From: Ignisphaera sp.
GTDB taxonomy: Archaea; Thermoproteota; Thermoprotei_A; Sulfolobales; Ignisphaeraceae
NCBI GenBank assembly: GCA_038821645.1
Contig: JAWBDT010000004.1
Span: 46,927-110,926, forward strand
Direction: 5' to 3'
Length of the DNA: 64,000 nt
Shown: in pieces, positions 50,065 to 60,580 of the stretch
How the letters are laid out: every line of letters begins with the position of its first letter
Position numbering within the stretch: the first letter of the stretch is position 1
The notes under the pieces: model-generated
What the model was told of the DNA's origin: nothing
What the model saw: the letters and a program-made list of their open reading frames with translations, nothing else
Databases searched by the model: none
Translations under genes and position numbers: made by a program

Positions 50065-51054
50065 TCATCTCAAGAACGATTCTCTAGTTCTCGGATCTTT
50101 AGATATACCGAGTAAAATAGCTACTCTCTCTACATCACTATTACTGATCTTGGCTAGGTTATGTGCTCTTATCAATGGATATGGATAGCCAGATACAATA
50201 ACATCAGATAGAGAATCAACTATATACTTAACCCTATCTATAGCTTCATCAACAGAATCTGAAGCAAACTCTATTCGATAAACTCTCGAGAAGTCCTCAA
50301 ACCTTACATATGTAAGCATTATAGATACATCTAGTCCAGTTAACTTCTTTGTGTATTGCTTAAATAATCTAGCTATGGATGCCATTCCTAGATGCTGTGA
50401 ATTAGCTAAATCTATAGGTTTCGTAAAACCTGATACAAATTCTGTGTACCGCTCAAAATAGTATATATCTCCTTTAACAAGCCCCAGAAGATCTTTAGAA
50501 TTAGAGTTCTTAGATATGAAGACAATTTTCCTTGGATTTAGTGCTATAGTATAAACTAATTCTTTAAGCGTTTTACTAATACTTATACCTCTACTCTCTA
50601 GAATCTCATATCCATCATCTATAGAAGCTTTATATAACTTGAAGAACATAGCTGTAAGATTTCCATCAATTAAAACAATATCAACATCATTGATCATTTT
50701 GTTCATCGCCTCTATCTCCATACACATAGATAGTAACGAAAGTTCGTGCTCAAGATTAGGTGATGTAACTACATCTACATCAACATTACCATTAACTATT
50801 TCTTCTCTTTTGATATCAAGTATAACAGAAACTGTATTAACTACATAAAGTGCGAATCCTCTGTACTCTATGTAGTTGTAGCTACTATCTATACCACCTA
50901 TAGAAAGCTTCTTTATGTAGGGGTTTATAGATCCTCTATATCTTATCCAGATATTTTTTAAAGACCTTACCACATCCTGTGATACTACTTCATCTATTTT
51001 GTTTCTCAGAAAACCAAAACGAAGGAGTGTTGCGTCAAGTGTTTGAGTCAGCAT
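50065..51054 (-). CDS. nurA: DNA double-strand break repair nuclease NurA (canonical-like)
   Basis: GGIDSS, LIDGNL, ISK.S, GYPYPL.RAH..AKI. Confidence 0.9.
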   Translation of the reverse strand: MLTQTLDATLLRFGFLRNKIDEVVSQDVVRSLKNIWIRYRGSINPYIKKLSIGGIDSSYNYIEYRGFALYVVNTVSVILDIKREEIVNGNVDVDVVTSPNLEHELSLLSMCMEIEAMNKMINDVDIVLIDGNLTAMFFKLYKASIDDGYEILESRGISISKTLKELVYTIALNPRKIVFISKNSNSKDLLGLVKGDIYYFERYTEFVSGFTKPIDLANSQHLGMASIARLFKQYTKKLTGLDVSIMLTYVRFEDFSRVYRIEFASDSVDEAIDRVKYIVDSLSDVIVSGYPYPLIRAHNLAKISNSDVERVAILLGISKDPRTRESFLR

Positions 51055-51165
51055 AACTCTATACCTTGTTACTCAATACTTCTAGGAGTACCTGGATATT
51101 ACTTGGTTTTCAGAGGATATAAGGGAGAGAGTTGAGCGAAAATATTAGTAGGTGTCTATTGAGTT

Positions 51166-51756
51166 ATGCATGTATATGAATGTGATAGAGAATGTATAGA
51201 TATAGTTGAAAAAATCTTTAATTCTTCTTTCTCATGGTTTCATTCATACTACGCTAAATCGTGTATAGAGGTAGGGGTCTGTAGATCTGTTGTAGCTTAT
51301 GAAGATGAAGATGTGGCTATAGGTGTATTCTACTCTATCGATAAGCTATCTGTTGGCGTTATTTACTACGTAGCTGTTTTACCCACACATAGAAGAAGAG
51401 GTGTGGGGAAAATCATTGTGGCTTCTATAGAAGAGATACTGAGTTCAGAAGGAATCTCCACATTTTTAGCTACAACTAGAAGTAGCAATATAGCTTCTAG
51501 AAGAATGTTGAATGGTTTAGGATACGTGGCTCTAGAGCTAGATAGAATTGATGAAGATATACGAGAAGCTATAACAATGTTGACTTGTGGATATGAAGAC
51601 GATATTCTATACATAAAAACATTTGATAAACCTATAGATGAATTTTTCAAGAAGCTTATCCAAAATCTAGATGCTATAGAACTTGTTTGGAGAACCATAT
51701 GCTATAACCCGTGGAGAAAGCTTAGGAAGAAAACTAGTCTAGATAACACGAACTAG
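51166..51756 (+). CDS. GNAT family N-acetyltransferase
   Basis: YVAV.P.HRRRGVG acetyl-CoA motif, N.AS......LGY. Confidence 0.88.
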   Translation: MHVYECDRECIDIVEKIFNSSFSWFHSYYAKSCIEVGVCRSVVAYEDEDVAIGVFYSIDKLSVGVIYYVAVLPTHRRRGVGKIIVASIEEILSSEGISTFLATTRSSNIASRRMLNGLGYVALELDRIDEDIREAITMLTCGYEDDILYIKTFDKPIDEFFKKLIQNLDAIELVWRTICYNPWRKLRKKTSLDNTN

Positions 51757-51821
51757 GTTTAAAACATATTTTCTGTATAGTTGGTAGATAAGAGAGGTAT
51801 GTGGCTATATAGGGAAATCCT

Positions 51822-53192
51822 ATGTATATTTTTGGTATAACTGGTCTAGATAAATATCTCAACAATGTGCTTAAGCCAAACTCTATGGTTGTTGTTGCTG
51901 GTCATCCTGGTTCAGGTAAAACAACACTTGCATCAACAATATGCTACTCAAACGCATTAAGAGGACATAAATGTCTATATGTATCTTTTCAAGAAGATAG
52001 AGAGAAGCTTTTCAATAATATGAAGAGTTTTGATATGGATTTCTATAAGCTAGAGTCTCAAGGCCTTATAAAGTATGTACAGTTTCCTCTCTATTTTGCT
52101 GTTGATGATGTTGTTAAAGAAATAAATAACATGGTTATTGATGGTGGGTATAGAGTAATTGTTGTAGACTCTATTAATGCTCTTCTCGAGATGGTGAAAG
52201 ATGATGCTTCTAAAAGAGCTTGGCTACAGAACTACTTCTATGGTTTGCCGAAGTTAGTAAATGGTGTATGTATACTAGTTGCTGAACTTCCATATGGATT
52301 AGAGAAGCTTAAGCTAGGCGCTATAGAATTTGTATCAGATGCTATACTTATCCTAAAGCATAAAGTTGTAAATGGTATACTTACGAGAAAGTTAGAGATA
52401 AGGAAGGCAAGATTCGCCTCTATTAATGTAGCTGAAGTACCGTTCACAATACGTGAAAATAGTGGAGTAGAGGTATATATACCTCCACTACTTGAAGAAG
52501 TAGGTCCTGAAGGACCGGAACTAGATGTTGTATGTAAATCTCTCAAAGATGTTGTGAATCATATTCATAAAGGAATGGTTATGTATATCGGTTATCCACC
52601 AGATGCAAGAGCAATAGAATATGTGCCGCTACTTCTCGGTATAGTTGTTCTCAATAATTTGAAAACTCTTGTAGTATCCTACCTGTATCCTCCAGAGACT
52701 GTTAAATCTCTTATACGTAAAAGCTTTATTTCTATGGGTATAGAGGGAGATTTTATCGAGAAACTTATCAATAGGTATCTAGAGCTTAGATCTCTAAATC
52801 CATATGCATACAGTATCGAAGATATAGCATTGAAAGAGCTATCAATGGTTAAAGAAGAACACGATGCTGTAGTTTTCCACGGAACAGAACTTATATCATC
52901 TGTTACACCTAGGGAAAGGTATTTACAAGCTCTCTACAACCAGCTCAACTATCTAAAACACCTAAATAAACTTGTAGTGAGGCTAGGTAGCATAATAGAT
53001 GAAGATACATATAGACTTCATTCAGCTTTAGCAGATATGGTAATAAGGTTTGATCTTGTACAAGAGGGAGACAAGATACATCATGATGTGTATGTATGGA
53101 GGCGAGGCTCATCTCCATCGATTTTCAAATACAATAAATTCATAGAGTGTTGTAGAGAGATTACAGAGAAACTAAAAATGTATAGAATTTAG
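51822..53192 (+). CDS. KaiC/RAD55-like ATPase with degenerate second domain (paralog of 13189-14565)
   Basis: GITGLD, GHPGSGKTT, VVDS, EFVSD, EIRKAR. Confidence 0.88.
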   Translation: MYIFGITGLDKYLNNVLKPNSMVVVAGHPGSGKTTLASTICYSNALRGHKCLYVSFQEDREKLFNNMKSFDMDFYKLESQGLIKYVQFPLYFAVDDVVKEINNMVIDGGYRVIVVDSINALLEMVKDDASKRAWLQNYFYGLPKLVNGVCILVAELPYGLEKLKLGAIEFVSDAILILKHKVVNGILTRKLEIRKARFASINVAEVPFTIRENSGVEVYIPPLLEEVGPEGPELDVVCKSLKDVVNHIHKGMVMYIGYPPDARAIEYVPLLLGIVVLNNLKTLVVSYLYPPETVKSLIRKSFISMGIEGDFIEKLINRYLELRSLNPYAYSIEDIALKELSMVKEEHDAVVFHGTELISSVTPRERYLQALYNQLNYLKHLNKLVVRLGSIIDEDTYRLHSALADMVIRFDLVQEGDKIHHDVYVWRRGSSPSIFKYNKFIECCREITEKLKMYRI

Positions 53193-53438
53193 ATGATCTC
53201 GATATACAATACTGCAACCTAATTCTACATCACAAATGGCTCTGTTACACATATCAGTTATTAATCAATATTCTACACATAATTATATGAATAATGAATA
53301 TTTTCCAAATATCTTATTATTCGTAAACCATTTATTATAGCCATGAATCTTGTAGATATGTTATTTTGAAAATATATCCACAAATAACTAAACTAGAGTA
53401 CAACTTGCTATCTATTTCAAAAACTACCTAGAATCTAG

Positions 53439-53512
53439 TGGGCCCGCGGGGATTTGAACCCCGGACCTCCGCCTCGTCAGGGCGGCGTCCTACCAGGCTA
53501 GACGACGGGCCC
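53439..53512 (-). tRNA. tRNA-Val(GAC), no intron, CCA not encoded
   Basis: GGGCCCG acceptor stem, anticodon arm CCGCC-CT-GAC-GA-GGCGG, T-loop TTCAAAT, discriminator A. Confidence 0.97.
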
Positions 53513-53588
53513 TTCAAATGACATACTAGAAAGAAGTAGCAAATATAATCTTTACTCCTAAATTCTCTAAAAAGAATCTAAAGAGATG

Positions 53589-54032
53589 TTAGTATTTTGT
53601 ATAAAGATCTATCATGCCTAGAACAGCTTCAGGCTCTATTCGTTTTGTGCTTAAGAATCCTCTCTTCTTTTTAATCGTTACAATATTTAGGATCTTTCCT
53701 AATGATTCTAGAACATAGTTCCTGGAGTCAGAAGCATCTATAGAAAACAAGTATAGGTTTTCTGTTAACCATTTCTCGTCTATATTCTTCGCTATATAGA
53801 TTCTATCAACATCAATCTTTTTGAGCATATCTGAGGTGAATCCCTTGAGTGAATATATATCACTACATTCATATACTCCATGTTTCGGGATGAATACGGT
53901 ATATCTGCTTACATCAATAACCATGAAGTTTCTTTTATTTTTCGCGATATATTTGTTTACTAGAGTAAGAAGATATGTAGAACTACGTTCTATATATACA
54001 CAAGGTCTACTACTTATCACCATAGTCACCAC
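53589..54032 (-). CDS. Hypothetical protein
   Basis: 147-aa ORF with upstream TATA-like element. Confidence 0.6.
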   Translation of the reverse strand: MVTMVISSRPCVYIERSSTYLLTLVNKYIAKNKRNFMVIDVSRYTVFIPKHGVYECSDIYSLKGFTSDMLKKIDVDRIYIAKNIDEKWLTENLYLFSIDASDSRNYVLESLGKILNIVTIKKKRGFLSTKRIEPEAVLGMIDLYTKY

Positions 54033-54260
54033 TTTCTAGTTAAACTTATTACACATAGACGAATTTATTCTCTGCTACAACCTACTTACCCTGTTTCGAA
54101 GTTTATAAATATATCTGTGTAGAGCTTGCAGTAGTGCAGTAGAATATTCTATGTATCTAGTTTTACATGATTGTTTATATTTGATTCTCTATATAGAATC
54201 AGTACATTGTTAATCTACATTAGTGTAACTTTGTAGGAATCGCAAAACTATGTAAATTCA

Positions 54261-54665
54261 TTACATATAGTAGTCATGTTTTCCTTCTTTCTCTTCTCTA
54301 CTGCTTAACGGTATCTGTATTGGTGGTGGTAAACCTAATTCGCGTGAGAGTAGAGCTACCATTGGCAATATGTAGCTATATACTGTTATAAATAGTTGTT
54401 GAGGTGGTGTTGGTTTGGATAAGTCTTCTTCTATTCTTTTGGCTTCGTTCTGATCTATGGGTGTGATGTATACTGCTCCCTTTAGATTTATTGAAGCTAT
54501 AGGAGGTATGCAGTCTATCTTTACAATAAATTCAACTATATGGGTATTATCCTTCTTGATAGGCTTACTGAACATTATGTTCATGTTTATATTCAGATGC
54601 TGTATAGGATCGAAATTATATCTCTCAGCTCTTATACTATCCATTCTGAAGCTTATTGTCGGCAT
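54261..54665 (-). CDS. Conserved-looking archaeal hypothetical protein (possible SecB-like fold)
   Basis: Beta-rich N-half then helix ...LLSRELGLPPPIQIP; GAGGTG SD. Confidence 0.65.
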   Translation of the reverse strand: MPTISFRMDSIRAERYNFDPIQHLNINMNIMFSKPIKKDNTHIVEFIVKIDCIPPIASINLKGAVYITPIDQNEAKRIEEDLSKPTPPQQLFITVYSYILPMVALLSRELGLPPPIQIPLSSREEKEGKHDYYM

Positions 54666-54667
54666 AA

Positions 54668-55000
54668 TTATCCACCTCTAGAGATCCTTAACTTATTTGT
54701 TTTGTCTATAGGTATCAAAGCTATAGCATGTACATCTAATCTAGGTGAAGACACGGGAAACACAATAGCCTTCCCTTCTTCATACGACAGTATAACTCTA
54801 TCAACATCGCTGTAATCCTTTAGCTCTACATATGTAGCATCTTCACATAATCTAGAGAAAATACTTCTTAGAGAACTTTCAGCAACAATATTTCTACAAC
54901 CATTAACGAAAGCAGCTATCCTCTTCAAAATGTTCTCAACATCTCTTCCATAGATTATGTATGCTCGATACCTAGGTATACCACTATCGTTTAACACCAT
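54668..55000 (-). CDS. Hypothetical protein
   Basis: 110-aa ORF, 2 bp from the next gene (likely operon). Confidence 0.6.
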   Translation of the reverse strand: MVLNDSGIPRYRAYIIYGRDVENILKRIAAFVNGCRNIVAESSLRSIFSRLCEDATYVELKDYSDVDRVILSYEEGKAIVFPVSSPRLDVHAIALIPIDKTNKLRISRGG

Positions 55001-56226
55001 AAACTTTACCGCTAAATAACTTTATAGAGGAGCTTATATCTTAATGAGCTACAAAGTATTATTGAAACTTTAGAAAAGTCAAGCCACATATAGGTATATC
55101 TGATTGGGTAATCCTTTATGTACGCTATTGCGTAATAGTTTATACTGTGTTTCTGGCCATAGTAATAGATTTTGTGATTTATTTATCAACTTTGGCCGTA
55201 GATTCTTTTACTCTATAGATTACCCTAGATTCTCCGGAGATGATATTGCAGTAGTATTCATGTCCATAAAGGATTATGACCTTAAATACTGACAACTAAC
55301 ATAATTACTTAGTTCTAAGCAAAAAGTGTTTCAAATGAAGCATAGTCTACGTTCTCTATATCACATCTCATACATTAATAAGTATTCATAATGTTTAAAA
55401 CTAGCCATAGACTTTATTCATACTAACAGAGTGATTCGATCTAGTTTTCGAGATCTTGTACCAAATTTTAGACCAAATCCATTACTTCTTCAGTCTTTAC
55501 TCTAATTGTAGAGACTAGATATAGAGATAAATGTATATAATTTATTTCTAACTCTTATAAAATAAATTTCGTAAAGCTGCACCTATCTTTAATAAGTTAT
55601 GTATATAAAGAAAACCTAGTTTAATTATTAATGTGAGAGAAACATATATATATTTTGCAAACCACAGGAACAGGTAATATCCAGATAACACAAGTGCTTG
55701 AAATGATATTGATTAAAAAGCAAAGAATTACTAATCAATTAGCTAGATACCCTGCCGATATCTATATCAATTGCTGGTGTTGGTGCAGCCTTTAATTAAA
55801 GGTGTTGTATAATGTGAAGGTCTCTCCATAAATTTTCAGTATCTCTTCTCTTCATGAGTTGATATCTATTTTACCAACATAGATTAGTGGCAACATGGCA
55901 TAAACTTAACGATTTGATGACCTCAATGTTCTTCTAAAGCACTGAGGAATTTCTTAGAAGTTTTATCGTATAATTGAATGCTGTATCTATGCAGAAGTAC
56001 TCAACAGCTTCCTCCTACTATTCATCTAACTTGCTAATCCTGCTATACATTGTATTCAACCTACAGTAAGATTCAGCATCCAAGATTGTATCAGCAGATC
56101 AGATGCTTAAAGCTATTCTAGATGCTTTGCATCCTATGTTCATAAACAAATATTAACCCTAATGTAGATCAATTCAGCTTGGGATAAACTATTAACAAGA
56201 TTTTACAGACTTTTGTAGGCATCCTG

Positions 56227-56652
56227 ATGTCGTATCTTTTTGCAGTAGCAATTCTCATGTTACTGATGTTTACTTTAACACACAATCTGCTTATGAGCCT
56301 TGGATACTGTGTTAGTTTCATTGGGTGGTGGGGCTGGATCTTCTGGATCTTCAATGTATTTCCATCTGTAGATATAGCCTCATATATTTTCTTATCAACA
56401 ATTATACCCATCTCGATATCTCTGGTGATTGGATTTCTATTATCTAAATACACAGATCTTGGATTAAGAAGCAGAATATATACTTCAATCTCAGCATACT
56501 ATATCACAGGCACACTATACTTCATGATGCTGAAGATACTATTGGGAAGAGCCCCAGATATAGACTTTATAATCGTGTTACCTATATGGCTCACAATACT
56601 AGTGATAAGCACATTAATCAGCAACAGATTTATTGAAAGCATATCAAAGTAG
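56227..56652 (+). CDS. Hydrophobic membrane protein, possibly truncated or degenerate
   Basis: Four to five TM segments, no clear SD, located in a coding-poor region. Confidence 0.45.
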   Translation: MSYLFAVAILMLLMFTLTHNLLMSLGYCVSFIGWWGWIFWIFNVFPSVDIASYIFLSTIIPISISLVIGFLLSKYTDLGLRSRIYTSISAYYITGTLYFMMLKILLGRAPDIDFIIVLPIWLTILVISTLISNRFIESISK

Positions 56653-57653
56653 AGCTATTCAGACATAAACAGACTCTATGCTTCTTTAGATAGCCTCCTA
56701 TAGCTAGGGTATCAAGTACCGTGGTGATCTAGCAATACATTCAATATTGTTCTCATTAACACTACTGCAGAGAATAAAGAGATCTCGATCTATATACTAG
56801 AAAATCAGGTTTTCATAGTTGATACAGCTTCTTTATTCGTTAACCTCATCTTTTTCAGTAATCTATATATGAAGTATGTGTGGTAAATATGGCTACAGAA
56901 ATTCTAACTGATAAAGACAGTTTTCCCAAACATACATCATTTGCTTCTTGGATAACTTGATATATTGGCTAAGTACCTTAGAATTCGTCATTTGGTGTGA
57001 GTTTGATGTAGATGGAGATATAGATTGTTTTGTTGTTAAATAGAGCTGGAAGACTTATCCAAAAATGGTGATGATATAAGTCTATATAGAGATATCTGTT
57101 CTCGAAGGTCTTGAAGTAGAATTTGATTTCTCTAAAGTAATATTTGAAAGTCTTCTTATTGTGCTTCATTTCTCTAGCAATAGACGTTGTTTCATCTAGA
57201 TGGATATATTCTCGAAATAGATAAAGTTCTTAGAATTGATACATAGGATGTAGAGAATGAAGAGAACCAATAAGTATACATCAAGTCTACTTCTCTACAG
57301 CCATCGATAAATTCTTAATATCAGTCATAATGATTCAATACAAAATGATTTTATTGTATCCATTAACGAAGTAAAAGGTGGTTTACAACATTTAAAAAAT
57401 AACGTATACAGACAATATCTGAAGGAGAGTTGATTTATAACTGCGATTGAGTACGAATATGCGTTATATAATTCTCTTACATATTTGAACAAGTTTAGTC
57501 ACATAAGTTTTGTGTTTTTTATCTCTAACTAGTGTCTCTTTTTTGTAATGCTTGATACATATTTCTTGATGTATATTTTATTATGTCTATCATTAATGTT
57601 TATTAAGTCGAATCACAAGATATATGGGTATAGATATACATTAGGTGGGTTAA

Positions 57654-60380
57654 ATGAGTAAAGAAGGTTTAATACCTATATTCGCTATATCGTTATTGCT
57701 ATTGAACGTAGCTCTTGGTGTAGTAGCACCATTAACTGCTCAAGCAGTACCACGTGGACCATGGATAGATGAAGTTGTATTTCTTGAAGAAGCTGAAGCA
57801 GCTAAAGCAGTTGAAAGACTTTTAGCAGGCGATATACACGTATACTTCAATAATATAGGTGATCCAGAGCTCTTTAAGACTGTAAGAGAGAGAGGACTAG
57901 CCTACGATATATCGTATGGCTTGTACTACGAGATATCTCTTAACCCTGTAGGTCCTGAGTTCCCTAAGCCACAGAGAGAAGATGTTATATTCAATCCGTT
58001 CTCTAATCCAAAGATTAGGGAAGCCCTTAACTATATAATAGACAGAGAGTACGTAGCAAACGAGATCTTAGGAGGACTAGCTATACCAAGGTTTACAGCT
58101 ATAACACCTAGCTTCCCCGATTACGCTAGATATGCTGACTTAGTTATGGAGATTGAAAACGAGTATAGATACAACTTCGAGAAAGGTAAGAGCATTATAT
58201 ACGAAGAAATGGTTAAGATGGGTGCAGAAATGCGTGAAGGTATATGGTACTATAAAGATAAACCTGTGAAATTGATATTCTTGATAAGAGTAGAAGATGC
58301 TAGAAGAGCTATAGGAGACTATGTAGCGTCCCAGCTAGAGAAAATAGGTTTCATCGTTGAGAAAGTATACGGTAAAAGTGCAGATCTAGCCCCACTATGG
58401 CTAAGAGGAGACCCTGCTGAAGGTAGATGGCATCTATATACAGGTGGATGGATAACAACAGCTATTTCCAGAGATGATGCTGATAACTTTGGCTACTTCT
58501 ACACTAAGCTAGGTAGACCAGAACCACTATGGCAAGCATACGTAAATGATCCAGAGTTCTATGTTGTAGCAGAAAGGCTATGGAATAGAGACTACAAATC
58601 AATTACAGAAAGAGACGAGCTCATGAGGAAAGCTCTTTGGCTATCCATGAAGGAATCCCAGAGAATATGGGTAGTCCACCTAACATCTATATGGGTAAGA
58701 AGACCTGAACTTGAGCTAGCAGCTGATCTTGCTGGTGGATACTCAGGTTCGAGGTTATGGCCCTACACTATAAGGTTCTCCAACAAGATTGGGGGTACAG
58801 TAAAGGTGGGTATACCTAGCATAATGACCCAGCCATGGAACCCAATAGGTGGTAGCAACTGGATATTCGATCAAACTATTATAAGGGCTACAGGTGAAGC
58901 AGCAGTACTCCCAGACCCCTACACAGGTCTATACCATCCGCTTAGAGTTAAGAAAGCAGAGGTCTATGTATCTAAAGATCTCGAGGGACAGATTAGAGCA
59001 TCACTACCGTGGGTAAGTCTAGAATACGTTGACGAGATAACAGTTCCAACAGATGCTTGGTGGAAATTCAACAGCACAACAAACACTATAGAGACTGTAC
59101 CTCCAGGCACAAAAGCAAAAGTCAAGGTTGTTGTTCAATACCAGGATGATCTATTCAAGAACTATAGATGGCACGATGGAAGTACATTCGATTTAGCTGA
59201 CATAGTGTACATGTTCTTATTAACATTCGATAGAGCTAATCCAGCTAGCCCGCTATACGATGAAGCATATATACCTTCATTCCAAGCATTTATGCAAGTA
59301 TTCAAAGGATTTAGAATTGTTGAAGAAGATCCTCTCGTAATAGAGTACTACACAGATACATGGTACATGGACGCTGAATGGATAGCTGCAACAGCTGCAA
59401 ATGCTTTCTGGCCATACTATAGCCAAGGGCCAGGTCCTTGGCATGTAGTAGCTGTAGCTGCTCGCGCTGAAGCAGAAGGAAGACTTGCATTTACAGCCGA
59501 TAAATCTGGGAAACTTAATGTTGAGTGGATGAACCTTATAGCAGGTCCATCTCTTACAATATTAGCAGAAACACTAGATAAATGTATCCAAGATGGATAC
59601 ATACCGTATCAGCCGGTGCTAGGTAGATACCTAACTAGGGATGAAGCTGTTACCAGGTACCAGAACCTAAAGACGTGGTACCAGAACTACAGACACTTCT
59701 GGGTTGGCAATGGACCATTCTTCATAAAGTCTGTTGATGTAACTGCAAAGATAATAACACTAGCTGCTTATAGAGAATACATAGATACTGCTGAGAGATG
59801 GGCTATATTCTCAAAACCACCAGTAGCGGTTATTAGCATAAAAGTTCCAGATACTATCTATCCAGGCACTAAAGCTGAAATACCAATTGAGGTAACAGTT
59901 GATGGAAAACCATATGAGGTTACATACATAGACTACGTTAAATACGTAATATCACATGCAGGTGGATCTTTAACAGGTTACGCTAGATGTATTGCTGATG
60001 GTAAATGTGTTATTGAGTTGGATGGAACACAAACAGCTTTAATAGTACCAGGTCCTGCGAAAGTAACCGTCATCGCTGTTTCGAAGCTTGTAGGTATACC
60101 GACAATAGCAAGTAGTGTGCTAAGAGTTTCAACAGTTATTGATTATGTAGCACTTCAGCTTGCAAAAACAGAAGCTGATCTAAGTGCTAAAATATCAAGG
60201 TTAGAGAGTACGTTAACAGATAAGCTATTAGCGCAAGAAGAAACTATAAATGCTTTAAGGTCGGAGATACATAGCTTAAGAACAATGCTGTATATATCAA
60301 TTGGTGTAGCAGTAGTTGCTATAGTTGTAAGCATAGCGCTAGGCTTATTACTAAAGAGAGGTAGTGTAGCAGGTCACTAA
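57654..60380 (+). CDS. oppA: Oligopeptide/oligosaccharide ABC transporter substrate-binding protein (OppA/DppA family 5)
   Basis: Signal peptide, NPF.NPKIREALNY.IDR, WHDG, GNGPF, C-terminal coiled-coil stalk and TM anchor. Confidence 0.9.
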   Translation: MSKEGLIPIFAISLLLLNVALGVVAPLTAQAVPRGPWIDEVVFLEEAEAAKAVERLLAGDIHVYFNNIGDPELFKTVRERGLAYDISYGLYYEISLNPVGPEFPKPQREDVIFNPFSNPKIREALNYIIDREYVANEILGGLAIPRFTAITPSFPDYARYADLVMEIENEYRYNFEKGKSIIYEEMVKMGAEMREGIWYYKDKPVKLIFLIRVEDARRAIGDYVASQLEKIGFIVEKVYGKSADLAPLWLRGDPAEGRWHLYTGGWITTAISRDDADNFGYFYTKLGRPEPLWQAYVNDPEFYVVAERLWNRDYKSITERDELMRKALWLSMKESQRIWVVHLTSIWVRRPELELAADLAGGYSGSRLWPYTIRFSNKIGGTVKVGIPSIMTQPWNPIGGSNWIFDQTIIRATGEAAVLPDPYTGLYHPLRVKKAEVYVSKDLEGQIRASLPWVSLEYVDEITVPTDAWWKFNSTTNTIETVPPGTKAKVKVVVQYQDDLFKNYRWHDGSTFDLADIVYMFLLTFDRANPASPLYDEAYIPSFQAFMQVFKGFRIVEEDPLVIEYYTDTWYMDAEWIAATAANAFWPYYSQGPGPWHVVAVAARAEAEGRLAFTADKSGKLNVEWMNLIAGPSLTILAETLDKCIQDGYIPYQPVLGRYLTRDEAVTRYQNLKTWYQNYRHFWVGNGPFFIKSVDVTAKIITLAAYREYIDTAERWAIFSKPPVAVISIKVPDTIYPGTKAEIPIEVTVDGKPYEVTYIDYVKYVISHAGGSLTGYARCIADGKCVIELDGTQTALIVPGPAKVTVIAVSKLVGIPTIASSVLRVSTVIDYVALQLAKTEADLSAKISRLESTLTDKLLAQEETINALRSEIHSLRTMLYISIGVAVVAIVVSIALGLLLKRGSVAGH

Positions 60381-60407
60381 ATGTATATCAGGTCACTAAA
60401 TGTATAT
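60370..60407. repeat. 19-bp tandem duplication over the oppA stop codon
   Basis: CAGGTCACTAAATGTATAT x2. Confidence 0.85.
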
Positions 60408-60580
60408 AAGTTATTTAATTAATAAACATCTATTTTTTAAGTAATGTGCAATTGTTTCAAGTAATTTAAGTATAAATGTTCTAAGAAATTTATTAAAATT
60501 TATTTACCTGCATTATATTAATAAAGTAGACAATGTACATAATTAAGCTAATGCTACATAATGTAGAAATGTGATCCGAT

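Noticed and set aside
53192-57650. Integrated element at tRNA-Val
   Set aside because: No integrase and no duplicated tRNA 3' end (att site) found in the window.
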